The notes beneath the pieces are model-generated. The model was given only the letters and a program-made list of their open reading frames with translations. It made no database searches and had not been told where the DNA came from. A program made the position numbers and the translations under genes. A stretch of DNA of 64,000 bases from Candidatus Latescibacterota bacterium (GTDB taxonomy: Bacteria; Latescibacterota; UBA2968; GCA-2709665), in NCBI GenBank assembly GCA_965203805.1, contig OZ241917.1:4992001-5056000 (forward strand). Reading direction: 5' to 3'. Below are positions 36,712 through 46,978 of this stretch, piece after piece. The first letter of the stretch is position 1, and every line of letters begins with the position of its first letter.

Positions 36712-38997
36712 GTGGCTGTTTCCGCCCATCCACCGGAATCCAACAGGGTCACCTTCGCCCGGAGTCTGGGCTGCTTCGACGCATCGATGATCGGAATCGG
36801 CGCGATGATCGGCGCCGGGATCTTCGTGCTGACCGGAATCGCCGCGGGCGAGGCGGGTCCGGCGTCGATCATGGCGTTTGCGCTCAACGGCCTGGTGACG
36901 TTGATGACGGCGTTCTGCTACGCCGAACTCGCCTCGGCGATCCCCGAGGCCGGCGGCGGATATTCTTTCGTCAAGAAAGCGTTTCCCGGGCCGGTGGGAT
37001 TCTTGTCCGGATGGATGCTCTGGTTCGCCTATACGGTGGCGTGCAGTCTCTACGCGTTGGGATTCGCCGGCTACTTCTGGGAGTTTTTTCACAAGTACAT
37101 GCCGGACGTCAGCCACGCCATTCAGACGACGGCCGGGGTACAGCCTTCCGTTGCACTTGTCACGGTAATCGTCAGCAGCGTCTTCGTCTGGTTGAACGTT
37201 CGCGGAACGGAGGTAACGGGAAAGGCGGAGAACGTGATAACCATCTCCAAGATTCTCGTGCTTCTGGTGTTCGTCTGGTACGGACTGGCGCACATTTTCG
37301 CGGCCCCCGACCAGGCTGTGAAGAGTTTCTCCCCCTTCTTCCCGAAGGGACTGGGGGGCGTGCTGGTGGCGATGGGACTGACGTTTATCGCCTTCGAAGG
37401 CTACGATCTGATCGCGACGGTTGCCGAAGAAATCAAACAGCCGGAAATCAATATCCCAAAGGCCACGTTCATCTCTCTGGGCGTGACCGTGGTCGTCTAT
37501 CTGCTGATCGTCTTTGTCTCTCTGGGCGCGGTTCAACCGGAGGCTACGTCATCGTGGGAGTTTCTGGGCCAGTACCAGGAAACGGCGATTGTCAAAGCGG
37601 CGGACAGTTTCATGCCGGCGTTTGGCGTGGCAACCATCGTATTCGGCGGGCTTCTGTCCACCATGTCCGCACTGAACGCGACGGTGCTGGCCTCCAGCCG
37701 AGTGGCGTTCTCCATGGGCAGGGACCGCTGGCTGCCGCCGGGCATGGCCAGTATTCATTCGGACAGGCGGACGCCGCACATTGCGATTCTGGTCACAGGC
37801 GCGATTCTGACGGGCATCGCGCTGCTCCTCCCCATCCACGTGGTGGGGTCCGCGGCCAGCCTCATGTTTCTGCTCACGTTTACGCTCGTGAACCTGTCGC
37901 TGCTCGTGCTTAGACGCCGGGCGCCGGAAATCACGCGAAGGTTCAAAGTCCCCCTCTTTCCCTGGCTGCCTCTGCTTGGGGCGGCTTCGAATATGCTTCT
38001 GGCGATTTACCAGTTTCGTTTCGATCCCATGGCCTGGTACGTTGCGCTTGGATGGATTGTTGTGGGGTTTTTCGCGTACACCGTCCATTTCCGGAAGGAA
38101 TCGGGTGAGGCCGAGCCTCACGTGCTGGATGCGCTGCCACTGGAGACCGCCCGCGCGCCTTACAGGGTTCTGGTACCCGTGGCCAATCCGAATACCATCG
38201 AGTCGCTGCTGGATGTCTCCATTCCCATTGCCAGGGCTAAGAATGGCGATCTGATCGTCAGCACGACCGTGGAGGTGCCGATCCAGCTGCCCATCCAGGA
38301 AGGGATGAAATACATCAACCACCGGATGCCCCTGTTACGGTCCGCCCAGGCCTACACACAGAAGCAGAATCTCCGCATCGTATCGGACATCAGGGTGGCG
38401 CACAGGGTGGACGAGGGAATTCTCTCCGCCGTATCGGACGAGAATACGGACCTGCTGGTGATTGGATGGAAGGGATTTACCACCACGCGCGAGCGTATAT
38501 TCGGCGAGGTGCTCGACAGGGTGGTGAACCGTGCCACGGCCGACGTCGTGGTGGTCAAGCTGCAGGATCAGGCCAGTTTCGATCGCATTCTGCTGCCCAC
38601 GGCCGGCGGGCCCCACACACGGTTCGCCGTTGAGCTGCTCGAACCGATCGTCGCGGCCTACGGTTCTCGTGTCACGGCCTGTTACGTAATCCCCGAAGAT
38701 GCGGACGCGGAACAGGAAGGCGAGGCCATCGAGCGGGTGCAAGACACGCTGCGGAACGCCAATCTCGGAGAGGTGGCGTGCCGCGCGATCCGGTCGCGGT
38801 CCGTACCGGCGGGCATCGTGAGGGCGGGAGCGGATTTCGATCTGATCGTGATGGGCGCGGCCAATACGGGTTTATTCCAGCAACTCCTGTTCGGTGAAGT
38901 GCCGGACCGGGTGGGGCGTTTCGCCAAGACTTCCGTCATGCTGGTCAGAAAACGCGAAGGACGCGGCAAGGCCTGGCTGAGGCGACTGTTGAGTTGA
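36712..38997 (+). CDS. APC family amino acid permease with C-terminal universal stress protein domains
   Basis: GAMIGAGIF, YAELAS..PEAGG, FIAFEGY..EE..P; VLVPVANP and ILLPTAGGP USP repeats; GTG start after GAGG. Confidence 0.9.
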   Translation: MAVSAHPPESNRVTFARSLGCFDASMIGIGAMIGAGIFVLTGIAAGEAGPASIMAFALNGLVTLMTAFCYAELASAIPEAGGGYSFVKKAFPGPVGFLSGWMLWFAYTVACSLYALGFAGYFWEFFHKYMPDVSHAIQTTAGVQPSVALVTVIVSSVFVWLNVRGTEVTGKAENVITISKILVLLVFVWYGLAHIFAAPDQAVKSFSPFFPKGLGGVLVAMGLTFIAFEGYDLIATVAEEIKQPEINIPKATFISLGVTVVVYLLIVFVSLGAVQPEATSSWEFLGQYQETAIVKAADSFMPAFGVATIVFGGLLSTMSALNATVLASSRVAFSMGRDRWLPPGMASIHSDRRTPHIAILVTGAILTGIALLLPIHVVGSAASLMFLLTFTLVNLSLLVLRRRAPEITRRFKVPLFPWLPLLGAASNMLLAIYQFRFDPMAWYVALGWIVVGFFAYTVHFRKESGEAEPHVLDALPLETARAPYRVLVPVANPNTIESLLDVSIPIARAKNGDLIVSTTVEVPIQLPIQEGMKYINHRMPLLRSAQAYTQKQNLRIVSDIRVAHRVDEGILSAVSDENTDLLVIGWKGFTTTRERIFGEVLDRVVNRATADVVVVKLQDQASFDRILLPTAGGPHTRFAVELLEPIVAAYGSRVTACYVIPEDADAEQEGEAIERVQDTLRNANLGEVACRAIRSRSVPAGIVRAGADFDLIVMGAANTGLFQQLLFGEVPDRVGRFAKTSVMLVRKREGRGKAWLRRLLS

Positions 38998-39008
38998 GAG
39001 GAGTCACC

Positions 39009-40304
39009 ATGTTGAACGGAGGCGCAGTCACCCTGGACATTACGCCGCCGTTGGGGACGTTGATTCCCGGCCTGTTCCACGAACGCAGGGCTGAGGCGGT
39101 TCACGATCCGCTGAACGTGCGCAGTTTCGTGCTGGAGCACAGCGGCGCCGGAATTGCCATCGTCGTTTGCGATCTGGTCGGCGTCGCCCGCGCATACCTG
39201 GACAGGGCGAAGGCGCGGATCGCCGAAACCGCAGGGCTGACGCCCGAACGGGTGCTGATCTGCTGTACCCATACCCACTCCGGCGCGCAGACGGGCGATG
39301 ACGCGTATACGCACTTCTTGCTGGAGCGGATCGCCGATTCCGTACGCCTTGCGTGGCGCGCGCGCGACGCGGTGTCGGTGGGCTGGGCACGCGCGGAAGA
39401 GGGTCGGCCGGTGTTCAACCGGCGTTTTCATATGGCCGACGGCACGGTGCGGACCAACCCCGGCCTCCGAAATCCGGACGTGTTGAAGCCCGCGGGCCCG
39501 GTGGATCCCGAGGTGAGTGTACTCTGTATTCAGAAACCGGATGGAAAGCCCGTGGGATTGTTATGCAACTACGCGCTGCACTACGTGGGCGGTGGAGACC
39601 ACGAACGGGAGATTTCGGCGGACTATTTCGGATATTTTTCGGGTCTCATCCAGCGAATGCGCGGACAACGGTTTACCGCTGCGTTATCCAACGGCGCCTC
39701 CGGCGACATCAACAACCACGACGTCATGGGAGGAAGCCGGTGTGCGAACGACCGGCACCAGCATTCGGAGCGCGTCGCCGCGCTGGTGTCGGCCCACGCC
39801 TTCTGGGCGTGGAATGAAATGGACTTCGCCGGCGACCTGACGCTGGGCGCTGAAATGGTCGAGGTAGTCCTGCAGCGGAAAGCCGGACCTTCACCGGCCG
39901 ACATCGCCCGCGCCCGCGAAATCGACGAGAAGGGCGGAGACACCATGGCGGATCGGGCATACGCCCGGCGGATTCTGCGCCGGATGGCGGAAGTGCCGGA
40001 GGAAACGCGAACCTGGGTGCAGGCGCTGCGGGTTGGAGACCTTGCCCTTGTGGCCGTACCGGGAGAATTGCTGGTGAGGCTTGGGCTCGAAATCAAGAAA
40101 CGGTCCCCGTTCGGGCAGACGATGGTGCTGGAGCTGGCCAACGACAGCGTGGGATATCTGCCCGATGAGCAGGCCTACAGGGAGGGAGGCTACGAGCCCG
40201 AAGCGGCCCTGTTCGCGCCGGGTTCGGGCGAACAGATCGTGGATGCGGCCGTTGATCTGCTGGACCGGCTGCATCGCGCGCATGCGCAGGGCCGGAAACT
40301 ATAA
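39009..40304 (+). CDS. Neutral/alkaline ceramidase-like amidohydrolase
   Basis: VHDPL, THTHSG, FNRR..M.DG.VRTNP, NYALHY, VPGE, GGYE. Confidence 0.8.
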   Translation: MLNGGAVTLDITPPLGTLIPGLFHERRAEAVHDPLNVRSFVLEHSGAGIAIVVCDLVGVARAYLDRAKARIAETAGLTPERVLICCTHTHSGAQTGDDAYTHFLLERIADSVRLAWRARDAVSVGWARAEEGRPVFNRRFHMADGTVRTNPGLRNPDVLKPAGPVDPEVSVLCIQKPDGKPVGLLCNYALHYVGGGDHEREISADYFGYFSGLIQRMRGQRFTAALSNGASGDINNHDVMGGSRCANDRHQHSERVAALVSAHAFWAWNEMDFAGDLTLGAEMVEVVLQRKAGPSPADIARAREIDEKGGDTMADRAYARRILRRMAEVPEETRTWVQALRVGDLALVAVPGELLVRLGLEIKKRSPFGQTMVLELANDSVGYLPDEQAYREGGYEPEAALFAPGSGEQIVDAAVDLLDRLHRAHAQGRKL

Positions 40305-40344
40305 AAGGACGGTCCGGCCGGGAGAGAACACCAAAGGAGGAGAT

Positions 40345-41388
40345 ATGCCGGACAAGGTACGTATCGGAGTGATCGGCGCCGGCGGCATTTTTCGGAGCCG
40401 TCATTTTCCGGGGCTGGCGAAAATCGGAAACGCGGACGTGGTTGCCATCTGCAACCGGAGCGAGGAGAGCGCGGGCGGAATCGCGCGCGAGTTCGGCCTT
40501 TCGCCGAGGCTGATGACCGATCCGTACGCGTTGATTGCAAGCGAGGACGTGGACGCCGTGATGATCGGCACCTGGCCGTACCGGCACTGCGAATACGTGC
40601 TGGCGTCCCTGGACGCCGGAAAGCACGTCTTCGTGCAGGCGCGGATGGCGATGAACCTGCGGGAGGCGAAGGCCATGTACGCCAGGGCACGGGAAACCGG
40701 CCTTGTCACGCAGATCTGTCCGTCCCCGATGGCGATGAAAGGCGACAGGTTCATCCAACGACTGATCCGCGAGGGATACCTGGGCGACATCTACCACGTG
40801 TATACCCGTTCGTTCAGCGGCGATAACTGCGATCCTCAGCAACCGCTGCACTGGCGGCAGATCGACCGGTATTCCGGTTTGAACGCGCTGAACATGGGCA
40901 TCCTGGTGGAAATCGTGCAACGCTGGGCAGGCCGGATGAAGACGATATCGGCGCAGGCCGAGACGTTTATTCGATCCCGCCCGCTGGCCGGCGGCCGGGG
41001 GACGGGGCCGGTGGAGCGCCCCGATACCGTGCATATCATGGGACAGATGGAAAACGGCGCGCAGGCCGCGTTTCTGTTTTCCTCCGTGGCACGGTTCGGC
41101 GTGGATCCGCAGGTGGAACTGTACGGCAGCGACGGGACCCTGATCTACAAGCTGGACGGCGATATCATTCTGGGCGGGCGGGCCGGAGACAGCGGTCTGT
41201 CGGAGGTTCCCATACCGGATGACGAATCCCGCGAGTGGACCGTGGAGCAGGATTTCGTGAGCGCGATTCAGGGCGGGCCTCCAGGGGATACCACCTTCGA
41301 GGCGGGCGTGAATTATATGGCGTTTACTGAAGCGGTGTTCAGATCCGTGGAACGGGGCGGCGTGGTGCATCTGCCCCTGGTGGACTGA
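40345..41388 (+). CDS. Gfo/Idh/MocA family oxidoreductase
   Basis: RIGVIGAGG, VDAVMIGTWPY.H, GKHVFVQARMA. Confidence 0.9.
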   Translation: MPDKVRIGVIGAGGIFRSRHFPGLAKIGNADVVAICNRSEESAGGIAREFGLSPRLMTDPYALIASEDVDAVMIGTWPYRHCEYVLASLDAGKHVFVQARMAMNLREAKAMYARARETGLVTQICPSPMAMKGDRFIQRLIREGYLGDIYHVYTRSFSGDNCDPQQPLHWRQIDRYSGLNALNMGILVEIVQRWAGRMKTISAQAETFIRSRPLAGGRGTGPVERPDTVHIMGQMENGAQAAFLFSSVARFGVDPQVELYGSDGTLIYKLDGDIILGGRAGDSGLSEVPIPDDESREWTVEQDFVSAIQGGPPGDTTFEAGVNYMAFTEAVFRSVERGGVVHLPLVD

Positions 41389-41436
41389 ACGTGAAATCCT
41401 TCCGTCACAGGTGACGCGGCGTGCGCGTGTATGAAG

Positions 41437-41494
41437 GTGGGGCCTGCCTGCAGCGCAGGGCACTGCGCAGGCAGGCGGACACTCCTGTCTGCCC
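41437..41494. repeat. Nested REP-like palindrome
   Basis: GTGGGGC[CTGCCTGCAGCGCAGGGCACTGCGCAGGCAGGC]GGACACTCCTGTCTGCCC. Confidence 0.6.
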
Positions 41495-41578
41495 GCTTTG
41501 CTGTCCTTGTCCGGATGTGAATAAAGCCCAACGGTTTGTGTCGAAGTCGTTATCCAAGAAACTGAAAGGACCGGTCTC

Positions 41579-42595
41579 GTGGCAGCGGAATATCGAATTG
41601 CGGTGGTGGGCACGGGGTATATCGGCCTGGAGCATATCAAGGCGATCGCCGCGCATCCGGGCGCGAGGTTGCGCGCGATCTGCGGATCAGAGCGCGGCGC
41701 GGGTCAGTTGCAGGCCATGAAGGCCGAATACGGCGCCGACGTGGTGACGACGGATTACGGAGAGATTGTCTCGGACGAAGCGGTCGACGTGGTCTATCTC
41801 TGTACGCCCAACCGCCTGCACGCCGATGAGGCCGTTGCCGCGCTGGAAGCCGGCAAGCACGTGTTCTGTGAAAAGCCGATGGCGACCACGCTGCAGGATT
41901 GCCGGCGCATGGTTGCCGCGGTAGAGCGTTCGGGCCGGCAGCTGATGGTGGGCCACGGCGCGCGTTTCAGACAACTGCACCGCGCCGTCAAGGACCTGTT
42001 CGATTCGGGCAAGCTGGGCGAGGCCTGTTTCTGCGAGTCGGACTACGTCCATTCGCTGGGGCCGTTTCTCCAGGGTCCGGGTCACCAGTGGTGGCGGCAC
42101 CGGGATGAAGGTCAGTTCGCGGTGATCGGCGGGGCGTGCCATCCGCTGGACCTGATGCGATGGATCGTGGGGGAGATGGAGGAGGTGTCGGCCTATGGCG
42201 TCACGAAGGTCCTGCACGACGTGGACTGGCACGATACAGTAATCGCTTCGCTGAAGTTCAGGAACGGCGCGGTCGGAAAGTGCCTGGTGTCTGTAGGTGC
42301 GCCACGTCCGTATTCGATGACGTTCAATCTGTACGGGACCGAAGGAACGGTGGAGGAGAACCGGCTCTATCTGAAGGAATTCGGAGAGATCGAGGCATTC
42401 GCGGAGATCCCGTTTCCCGTGCTGGGCGAAGTGCACGCCTGCGCCGAGGAGCTGGCGCATTTCCTGAATTGCCTGGATGCGGGCGAAGTGCCGATGATCG
42501 ACGTCCGGGACGGCGCGCGGACGATGGCGGCGTGTTTCGCTGTGGCGGAATCGATGGCAACCGGCCGGCCCGCGAGGGTGGTGACGGAATTCTGA
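41579..42595 (+). CDS. Gfo/Idh/MocA family oxidoreductase
   Basis: VVGTGYIG, CTPN..H, GKHVFCEKP, CHPLD. Confidence 0.9.
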   Translation: MAAEYRIAVVGTGYIGLEHIKAIAAHPGARLRAICGSERGAGQLQAMKAEYGADVVTTDYGEIVSDEAVDVVYLCTPNRLHADEAVAALEAGKHVFCEKPMATTLQDCRRMVAAVERSGRQLMVGHGARFRQLHRAVKDLFDSGKLGEACFCESDYVHSLGPFLQGPGHQWWRHRDEGQFAVIGGACHPLDLMRWIVGEMEEVSAYGVTKVLHDVDWHDTVIASLKFRNGAVGKCLVSVGAPRPYSMTFNLYGTEGTVEENRLYLKEFGEIEAFAEIPFPVLGEVHACAEELAHFLNCLDAGEVPMIDVRDGARTMAACFAVAESMATGRPARVVTEF

Positions 42596-42619
42596 GAGGG
42601 TCGCGGAGAGGTCTGCGGA

Positions 42620-43468
42620 ATGGGTGACGTACGGCTGGTGGCTTTCGATCTGGATGGGACGCTGCTCGACGACCGGGGGCGGATGTCAGATGCGTCGGCC
42701 GAGGCGCTGCGGCGGCTGGCGCGATCCGGCATCGCGCTGGCGTCGATCAGCGGCAGGAACGTGGGGAAGAGCCTGGCGCCGTTTTCGCCAGGTCTGAGAG
42801 CGGCCCTGCACGTGGGCAGCTACAATGGCGCGATGGTGCTGGGAACCGGCGCGGATGGCGAGCGGCCGCTCCTGCACGAACAGCGATTGCCCCGGGACGG
42901 CCTTCCCGGTCTGCTGGACTTTATCGGCGAGTGCCGGGTAAACTTCATCTATTGCCGGTGCGAGGCGGATGGCGGCGGTCTCAACGAGGCCTATCTGACG
43001 GACGAAGAAACCGGGTGGATCCGCAATCTGGTGCGGATGACCGGGGTGAATATCGTGCTTGAAGCGGACCTGCTGGCCAGGGCGCGCGACTTCGTTCCGC
43101 CGCCAAAGATGATCTTGCTGCCGGGTCCCGCCCGAAGGGAAGCTTTGTTCGAGCGGATGCGGGCGGCGTTCGGACCCCGTTTCTACCTCGCTCGCACGGG
43201 TGACGACCGGATTGAAGTCATGCACCCGGAGGTGAACAAGGCGGTGGCTTTGCAGAAGCTCTGCGAGGCCTGTGATGTCTCACCTTCGCAGGCCCTGGCG
43301 ATTGGCGACGGGGACAACGATCTCCCGATGCTGAGGGAGGCGGGCATTGGCGTGTTGATGGGAAACGCGGACGGACTGACCCGGAAATCAGCGGATGCCG
43401 CGGGCGTGCGGATGGCCGAGTCGCTCGCGGAAAACGGGTTTTCAAAAGCTGTCGCGAGGTACGTTTAG
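42620..43468 (+). CDS. Cof-type HAD-IIB hydrolase
   Basis: FDLDGTLL, SGR, VNK, IGDGDNDLPML. Confidence 0.9.
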   Translation: MGDVRLVAFDLDGTLLDDRGRMSDASAEALRRLARSGIALASISGRNVGKSLAPFSPGLRAALHVGSYNGAMVLGTGADGERPLLHEQRLPRDGLPGLLDFIGECRVNFIYCRCEADGGGLNEAYLTDEETGWIRNLVRMTGVNIVLEADLLARARDFVPPPKMILLPGPARREALFERMRAAFGPRFYLARTGDDRIEVMHPEVNKAVALQKLCEACDVSPSQALAIGDGDNDLPMLREAGIGVLMGNADGLTRKSADAAGVRMAESLAENGFSKAVARYV

Positions 43469-43487
43469 GGGTCCGCACAACCGCGTT

Positions 43488-44255
43488 CTATCCAAGGCGG
43501 CTTCCCGATTCTTCCGCGATCTGCGCCTGAAGGTCCGCGCTGCTGGACAGAATATGCTCCTCCATGGCCTGCTGCGCGGCTTCGGCATCGCCTTTCCGGA
43601 GGGCGTGCAGGATTTTTCCGTGCTCGTCAAGGGACATCCGGGCCCGCTCCTCCACGGTGTGGGTTGCGGGATCCTCAAGGCTGGCCCTGATCCACTGCTG
43701 AAGGTAGTTGCGTATCATGACGAGGAGGTTGCGGAGGATCGAATTCTGGGTGGCACGGGCAATGGCCAGGTGGAACTGAACGTCGAATTCCAGGAATTCA
43801 CCGGGTTGATCGAGAGATGCTTCGATTCCCCGGATCGTCCGGCCGAGTTCCTGGAGATCGGACTGCCTGGCGCGGGTTGCGGCCAGGAATGCGTTCCGCG
43901 TTTCCAGCATGAGCCGGGTTTCGACGAGATCCTTGACTTCCTTCGGGTCCAGCAGCAGTCCCCAGCTCAGAGATTTCTCCAGGTAGCGGCCGGTGTCGTC
44001 GCTGACGAACGTGCCTTCTCCGACACGGCTTTCCAGGATGCCCATCACGGACAGCGTGCGGAGCGCTTCCCTGAGAGAGGTGCGACCGACCTCGAACTGT
44101 TTGCACAGGCTTCGTTCGGGCGGCAGCCGATCGCCCGGTTTCAGCACGTCCCGGGAGATCAGATCGATGATCTGAGCGACGATTTCGTCGCTGAGTGACG
44201 TCCGTTTGACGGGTGTCATCTGCTCGATGGCCGGGTTTCCGCGTTTTCGGTTCAC
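43488..44255 (-). CDS. GntR family, FadR subfamily transcriptional regulator
   Basis: PGDRLPPER.L...F.V.R.S.REAL...G.GTFV; FCD domain D..FH..IA.A..N. Confidence 0.9.
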   Translation of the reverse strand: MNRKRGNPAIEQMTPVKRTSLSDEIVAQIIDLISRDVLKPGDRLPPERSLCKQFEVGRTSLREALRTLSVMGILESRVGEGTFVSDDTGRYLEKSLSWGLLLDPKEVKDLVETRLMLETRNAFLAATRARQSDLQELGRTIRGIEASLDQPGEFLEFDVQFHLAIARATQNSILRNLLVMIRNYLQQWIRASLEDPATHTVEERARMSLDEHGKILHALRKGDAEAAQQAMEEHILSSSADLQAQIAEESGSRLG

Positions 44256-44267
44256 GCAAGATTTCCC

Positions 44268-44319
44268 TTTACAACGTACCCCTTTTGGGTTAATCTTATA
44301 TTCAAAATTGGTCTGACCA
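44268..44319 (+). promoter_or_regulatory. Promoter and FadR-type operator for the methyltransferase operon
   Basis: TTTACA-N17-TAATCT (44268-44296), then palindrome TGGTCTGACCA (44309-44319) matching the TGGT-N3-ACCA FadR-subfamily consensus. Confidence 0.65.
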
Positions 44320-44388
44320 TCATCACATCAGTAAAAGAAAAGCCCGGTTTCCCCGCTGTCAAGAGAAAACTTGCAGGAGGATGGCGCG

Positions 44389-45018
44389 ATGGGCCGAACC
44401 GTCGATATCGGAACGCGCATCGAATTGGTGCCGATGGATCCGCACTTTCATGAGATCACAATTGGTCTTTACCTGCAGGAACACAACGGCGCTCCCGTGT
44501 ATCGTGTGCACACGTACAGCGGGAGATCGGGCGCCGACCAGCGAATCGCGTTCGTCTCCAACGCGATGGCCGTGTTGGGCGGAATGCGGCAGACAACTGA
44601 CGGCCTTCTGCAATTTCCGTGCGGCGATGCGCACCTGCTGGCTTGCCGGCGTGTCTTTCTGGAAGCATGCAAGCTGGCCTCCGGCGGCGAGCTCAAAGCC
44701 CGGCCTCTGACAATCCTCGACAGGAAGTCGAGATTGAAGATAACGGTGTCTAGCTTGGGTGAAGGCGTGTACCGGATTGGCGCCGAAGGTGAGAGCAAGG
44801 ACGGCGCGCGGCGGGTTGCGGCGATTGCGGGCGGGCTGGTGAAGCTCGGAGAAATGCAGTCTCAAGGCCCGGACACGGTCGCTTTCGCGTGCGGTCAGGC
44901 GCATGACGCCGTGGTTGGGCTTCTTCTGGTTCGCGCACCGAACGTCCGGGCAGCGGTTCGTGAACAGGAAATGGCAGGCGCTCGGGGCGTTCTGGCCGCA
45001 CCCAGCGAGCAGCGTTAG
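44389..45018 (+). CDS. Hypothetical protein with two F-x-C-G-x-x-H motifs
   Basis: First gene of the operon, RBS AGGAGG; FPCGDAH and FACGQAH. Confidence 0.7.
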   Translation: MGRTVDIGTRIELVPMDPHFHEITIGLYLQEHNGAPVYRVHTYSGRSGADQRIAFVSNAMAVLGGMRQTTDGLLQFPCGDAHLLACRRVFLEACKLASGGELKARPLTILDRKSRLKITVSSLGEGVYRIGAEGESKDGARRVAAIAGGLVKLGEMQSQGPDTVAFACGQAHDAVVGLLLVRAPNVRAAVREQEMAGARGVLAAPSEQR

Positions 45019-45044
45019 TCGATAAACAAAAGGAGATTCGGAAT

Positions 45045-46082
45045 ATGGCGACTCAAACAGTGAGCCCGATGACCGGCCGCGAGCGGGTGCTGGCGGCGCT
45101 GAACCGGGAGCCGGTGGACCGGACGCCGGTATGCAATCCCACGTCCGTTGCTACGGTGGAGCTGATGGATCTCGTGGACGCGCCGTTTCCTCACGCGAAC
45201 AGGAACCCGGAACTGATGGCCCGGCTTGCCGCGACCGGGCACACCGAGTTGGGGTTCGATACGATCATGCCCGTGTTCACGATCATCCAGGAGTCGTCCG
45301 CGCTGGGTTGCAAGATCCAATGGGAACAGAAAGACAACTGGCCCACGGTGAGGATGCGCGAACCCATCTGGGAAGACGTGGACGACGTTCACATTCCGCC
45401 CGACTTTCTCACGCACCAGGATACGAAGTGCGTGCTGGATGCGATCCGGATTCTGAAGAAGGAATACGGGGATGACGTGGCGATTATCGGAAAGACGATG
45501 GGCCCATGGTCGCTGGGATATCACTGCTTCGGGGTGGAGCCCTTTCTGCTCATGTCTCTGGACGACCCGGACAAGACGAAGGCGTGCCTGGACAGAATGA
45601 AGGAAGCGACGGTGGAATTCGGGGTGGCGCAGATCGAGGCCGGCGCGGATGCGCTCACGCTTCCGGATCACGCGACGGGCGACCTGGTGAGCGGGGAGTA
45701 CTACAGGCGGTATCTTCGCGACCTTCACATTGAATTCGTGGAGCGGATCCCCATCCCGCTGATCCTGCACATCTGCGGACGGACCGTGGATCGGATGGAC
45801 TTTATCGCGCAGACGGGGATGTCCGCGTTCCATTTCGACTCCAAAAACGAGCCGGAAGAATCCATGGCGGTCGTAAAGGAGCGGATCTCGCTGGTGGGCA
45901 ACATCAACAATCCTGAAACGCTGTTTTCCAAGGGGCCCGAGGCGGTCCGCCAGGAGGTCGTCAGCAACCTGGACGCCGGCGTGCATCTCGTCGGTCCCGA
46001 GTGCGCGATCCCTCTGCAGACGTCAATCGAGAACCTGAAGGAGATCCCCGGGGCCGTCCGCGACTGGCACCGGGAGCAGTAA
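45045..46082 (+). CDS. MtaA/CmuA family methyltransferase (uroporphyrinogen decarboxylase superfamily)
   Basis: ERVLAAL....DRTPV, Zn ligands LHICG and PEC, GNINN. Confidence 0.85.
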   Translation: MATQTVSPMTGRERVLAALNREPVDRTPVCNPTSVATVELMDLVDAPFPHANRNPELMARLAATGHTELGFDTIMPVFTIIQESSALGCKIQWEQKDNWPTVRMREPIWEDVDDVHIPPDFLTHQDTKCVLDAIRILKKEYGDDVAIIGKTMGPWSLGYHCFGVEPFLLMSLDDPDKTKACLDRMKEATVEFGVAQIEAGADALTLPDHATGDLVSGEYYRRYLRDLHIEFVERIPIPLILHICGRTVDRMDFIAQTGMSAFHFDSKNEPEESMAVVKERISLVGNINNPETLFSKGPEAVRQEVVSNLDAGVHLVGPECAIPLQTSIENLKEIPGAVRDWHREQ

Positions 46083-46200
46083 AACCAAAAAGCACGAGAA
46101 AACGAGGGAAACGGAAAAGCGCGACAAATGCACGAGAAGACGAGGTACGGCTGAAATGCATAGACTGAAATTCACGGGGATGGACAGGATAGAGGGGAAG
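46083..46200 (+). repeat. Purine-rich degenerate tandem repeats between genes
   Basis: GCACGAGAAAACGAGG / GCACGAGAAGACGAGG; GGATGGACAGGATAGAGGGG. Confidence 0.45.
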
Positions 46201-46207
46201 GAGCGCG

Positions 46208-46978
46208 ATGGCGGAACTCACTGATATCGGTAATGAATTCATCCGTGACGAAATCGAGGAGTTTCTGGAGCGCGAGGACGAGCGGGAGCGGGCGATCGCC
46301 ACGTTTGCCGGCGTCACCCCCGAAATGCAGGCGATCGCCGCGGCACTGATCGACGGCGACCATCACGAGGTGGACGCGCTCACCAAAGGCGCACTGGATG
46401 CGGGTACGGGGGCGTTGGAGGTGATGGACGACGGTCTCATCGCGGGAATGGGCATCGTTGGGATCAAATTCCGGGAGAACTTCATCTTCGTCCCGGAAGT
46501 GCTGGCATGCGCCCGGGCGATGAAGGCCGGGATGGCCTATATCGAACCCATTCTGTCCGCATCGGGCGTCGAGCCGATCGGCACGGTCATTATGGGTACG
46601 GTAAAGGGCGACCTGCACGATATTGGAAAGAATCTCTGCATCATGATGCTTCGCGGCGCGGGGTTTGTGGTCCACGATCTGGGAGTGGACACCTCGGAAG
46701 ACGAATTCCTGGATGCCGTGGAGGAGCACGGCGCGCCGCTGCTGGGGATGTCGGCGCTGTTGACGACGACCATGCCCAATATGGGAAAGACGATCGAGGC
46801 GTTCATCGACGCGGATTTGCGCGAAGACGTCAAGATCATGGTGGGAGGCGCGCCCGTCACGCAGGAATTCGCCGACGATATGGGCGCCGACGGGTACGGT
46901 AAAGACGCCATGGCGTGCGTGTCCCTGGCCAAGGACCTGCTCGACGAGAAGAAGGCCGAGACCAACCTGAATGCGTGA
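46208..46978 (+). CDS. Corrinoid (cobalamin-binding) protein
   Basis: Cap domain GM..VG.KF....FVPEV; GDLHDIGKN (DxHxxG), SALLTTT, GGAPV. Confidence 0.95.
   Translation: MAELTDIGNEFIRDEIEEFLEREDERERAIATFAGVTPEMQAIAAALIDGDHHEVDALTKGALDAGTGALEVMDDGLIAGMGIVGIKFRENFIFVPEVLACARAMKAGMAYIEPILSASGVEPIGTVIMGTVKGDLHDIGKNLCIMMLRGAGFVVHDLGVDTSEDEFLDAVEEHGAPLLGMSALLTTTMPNMGKTIEAFIDADLREDVKIMVGGAPVTQEFADDMGADGYGKDAMACVSLAKDLLDEKKAETNLNA

Noticed and set aside
44256-44388. Cobalamin or SAM riboswitch before the methyltransferase operon
   Set aside because: No B12-box or SAM-I core seen; the space is taken by the promoter and operator
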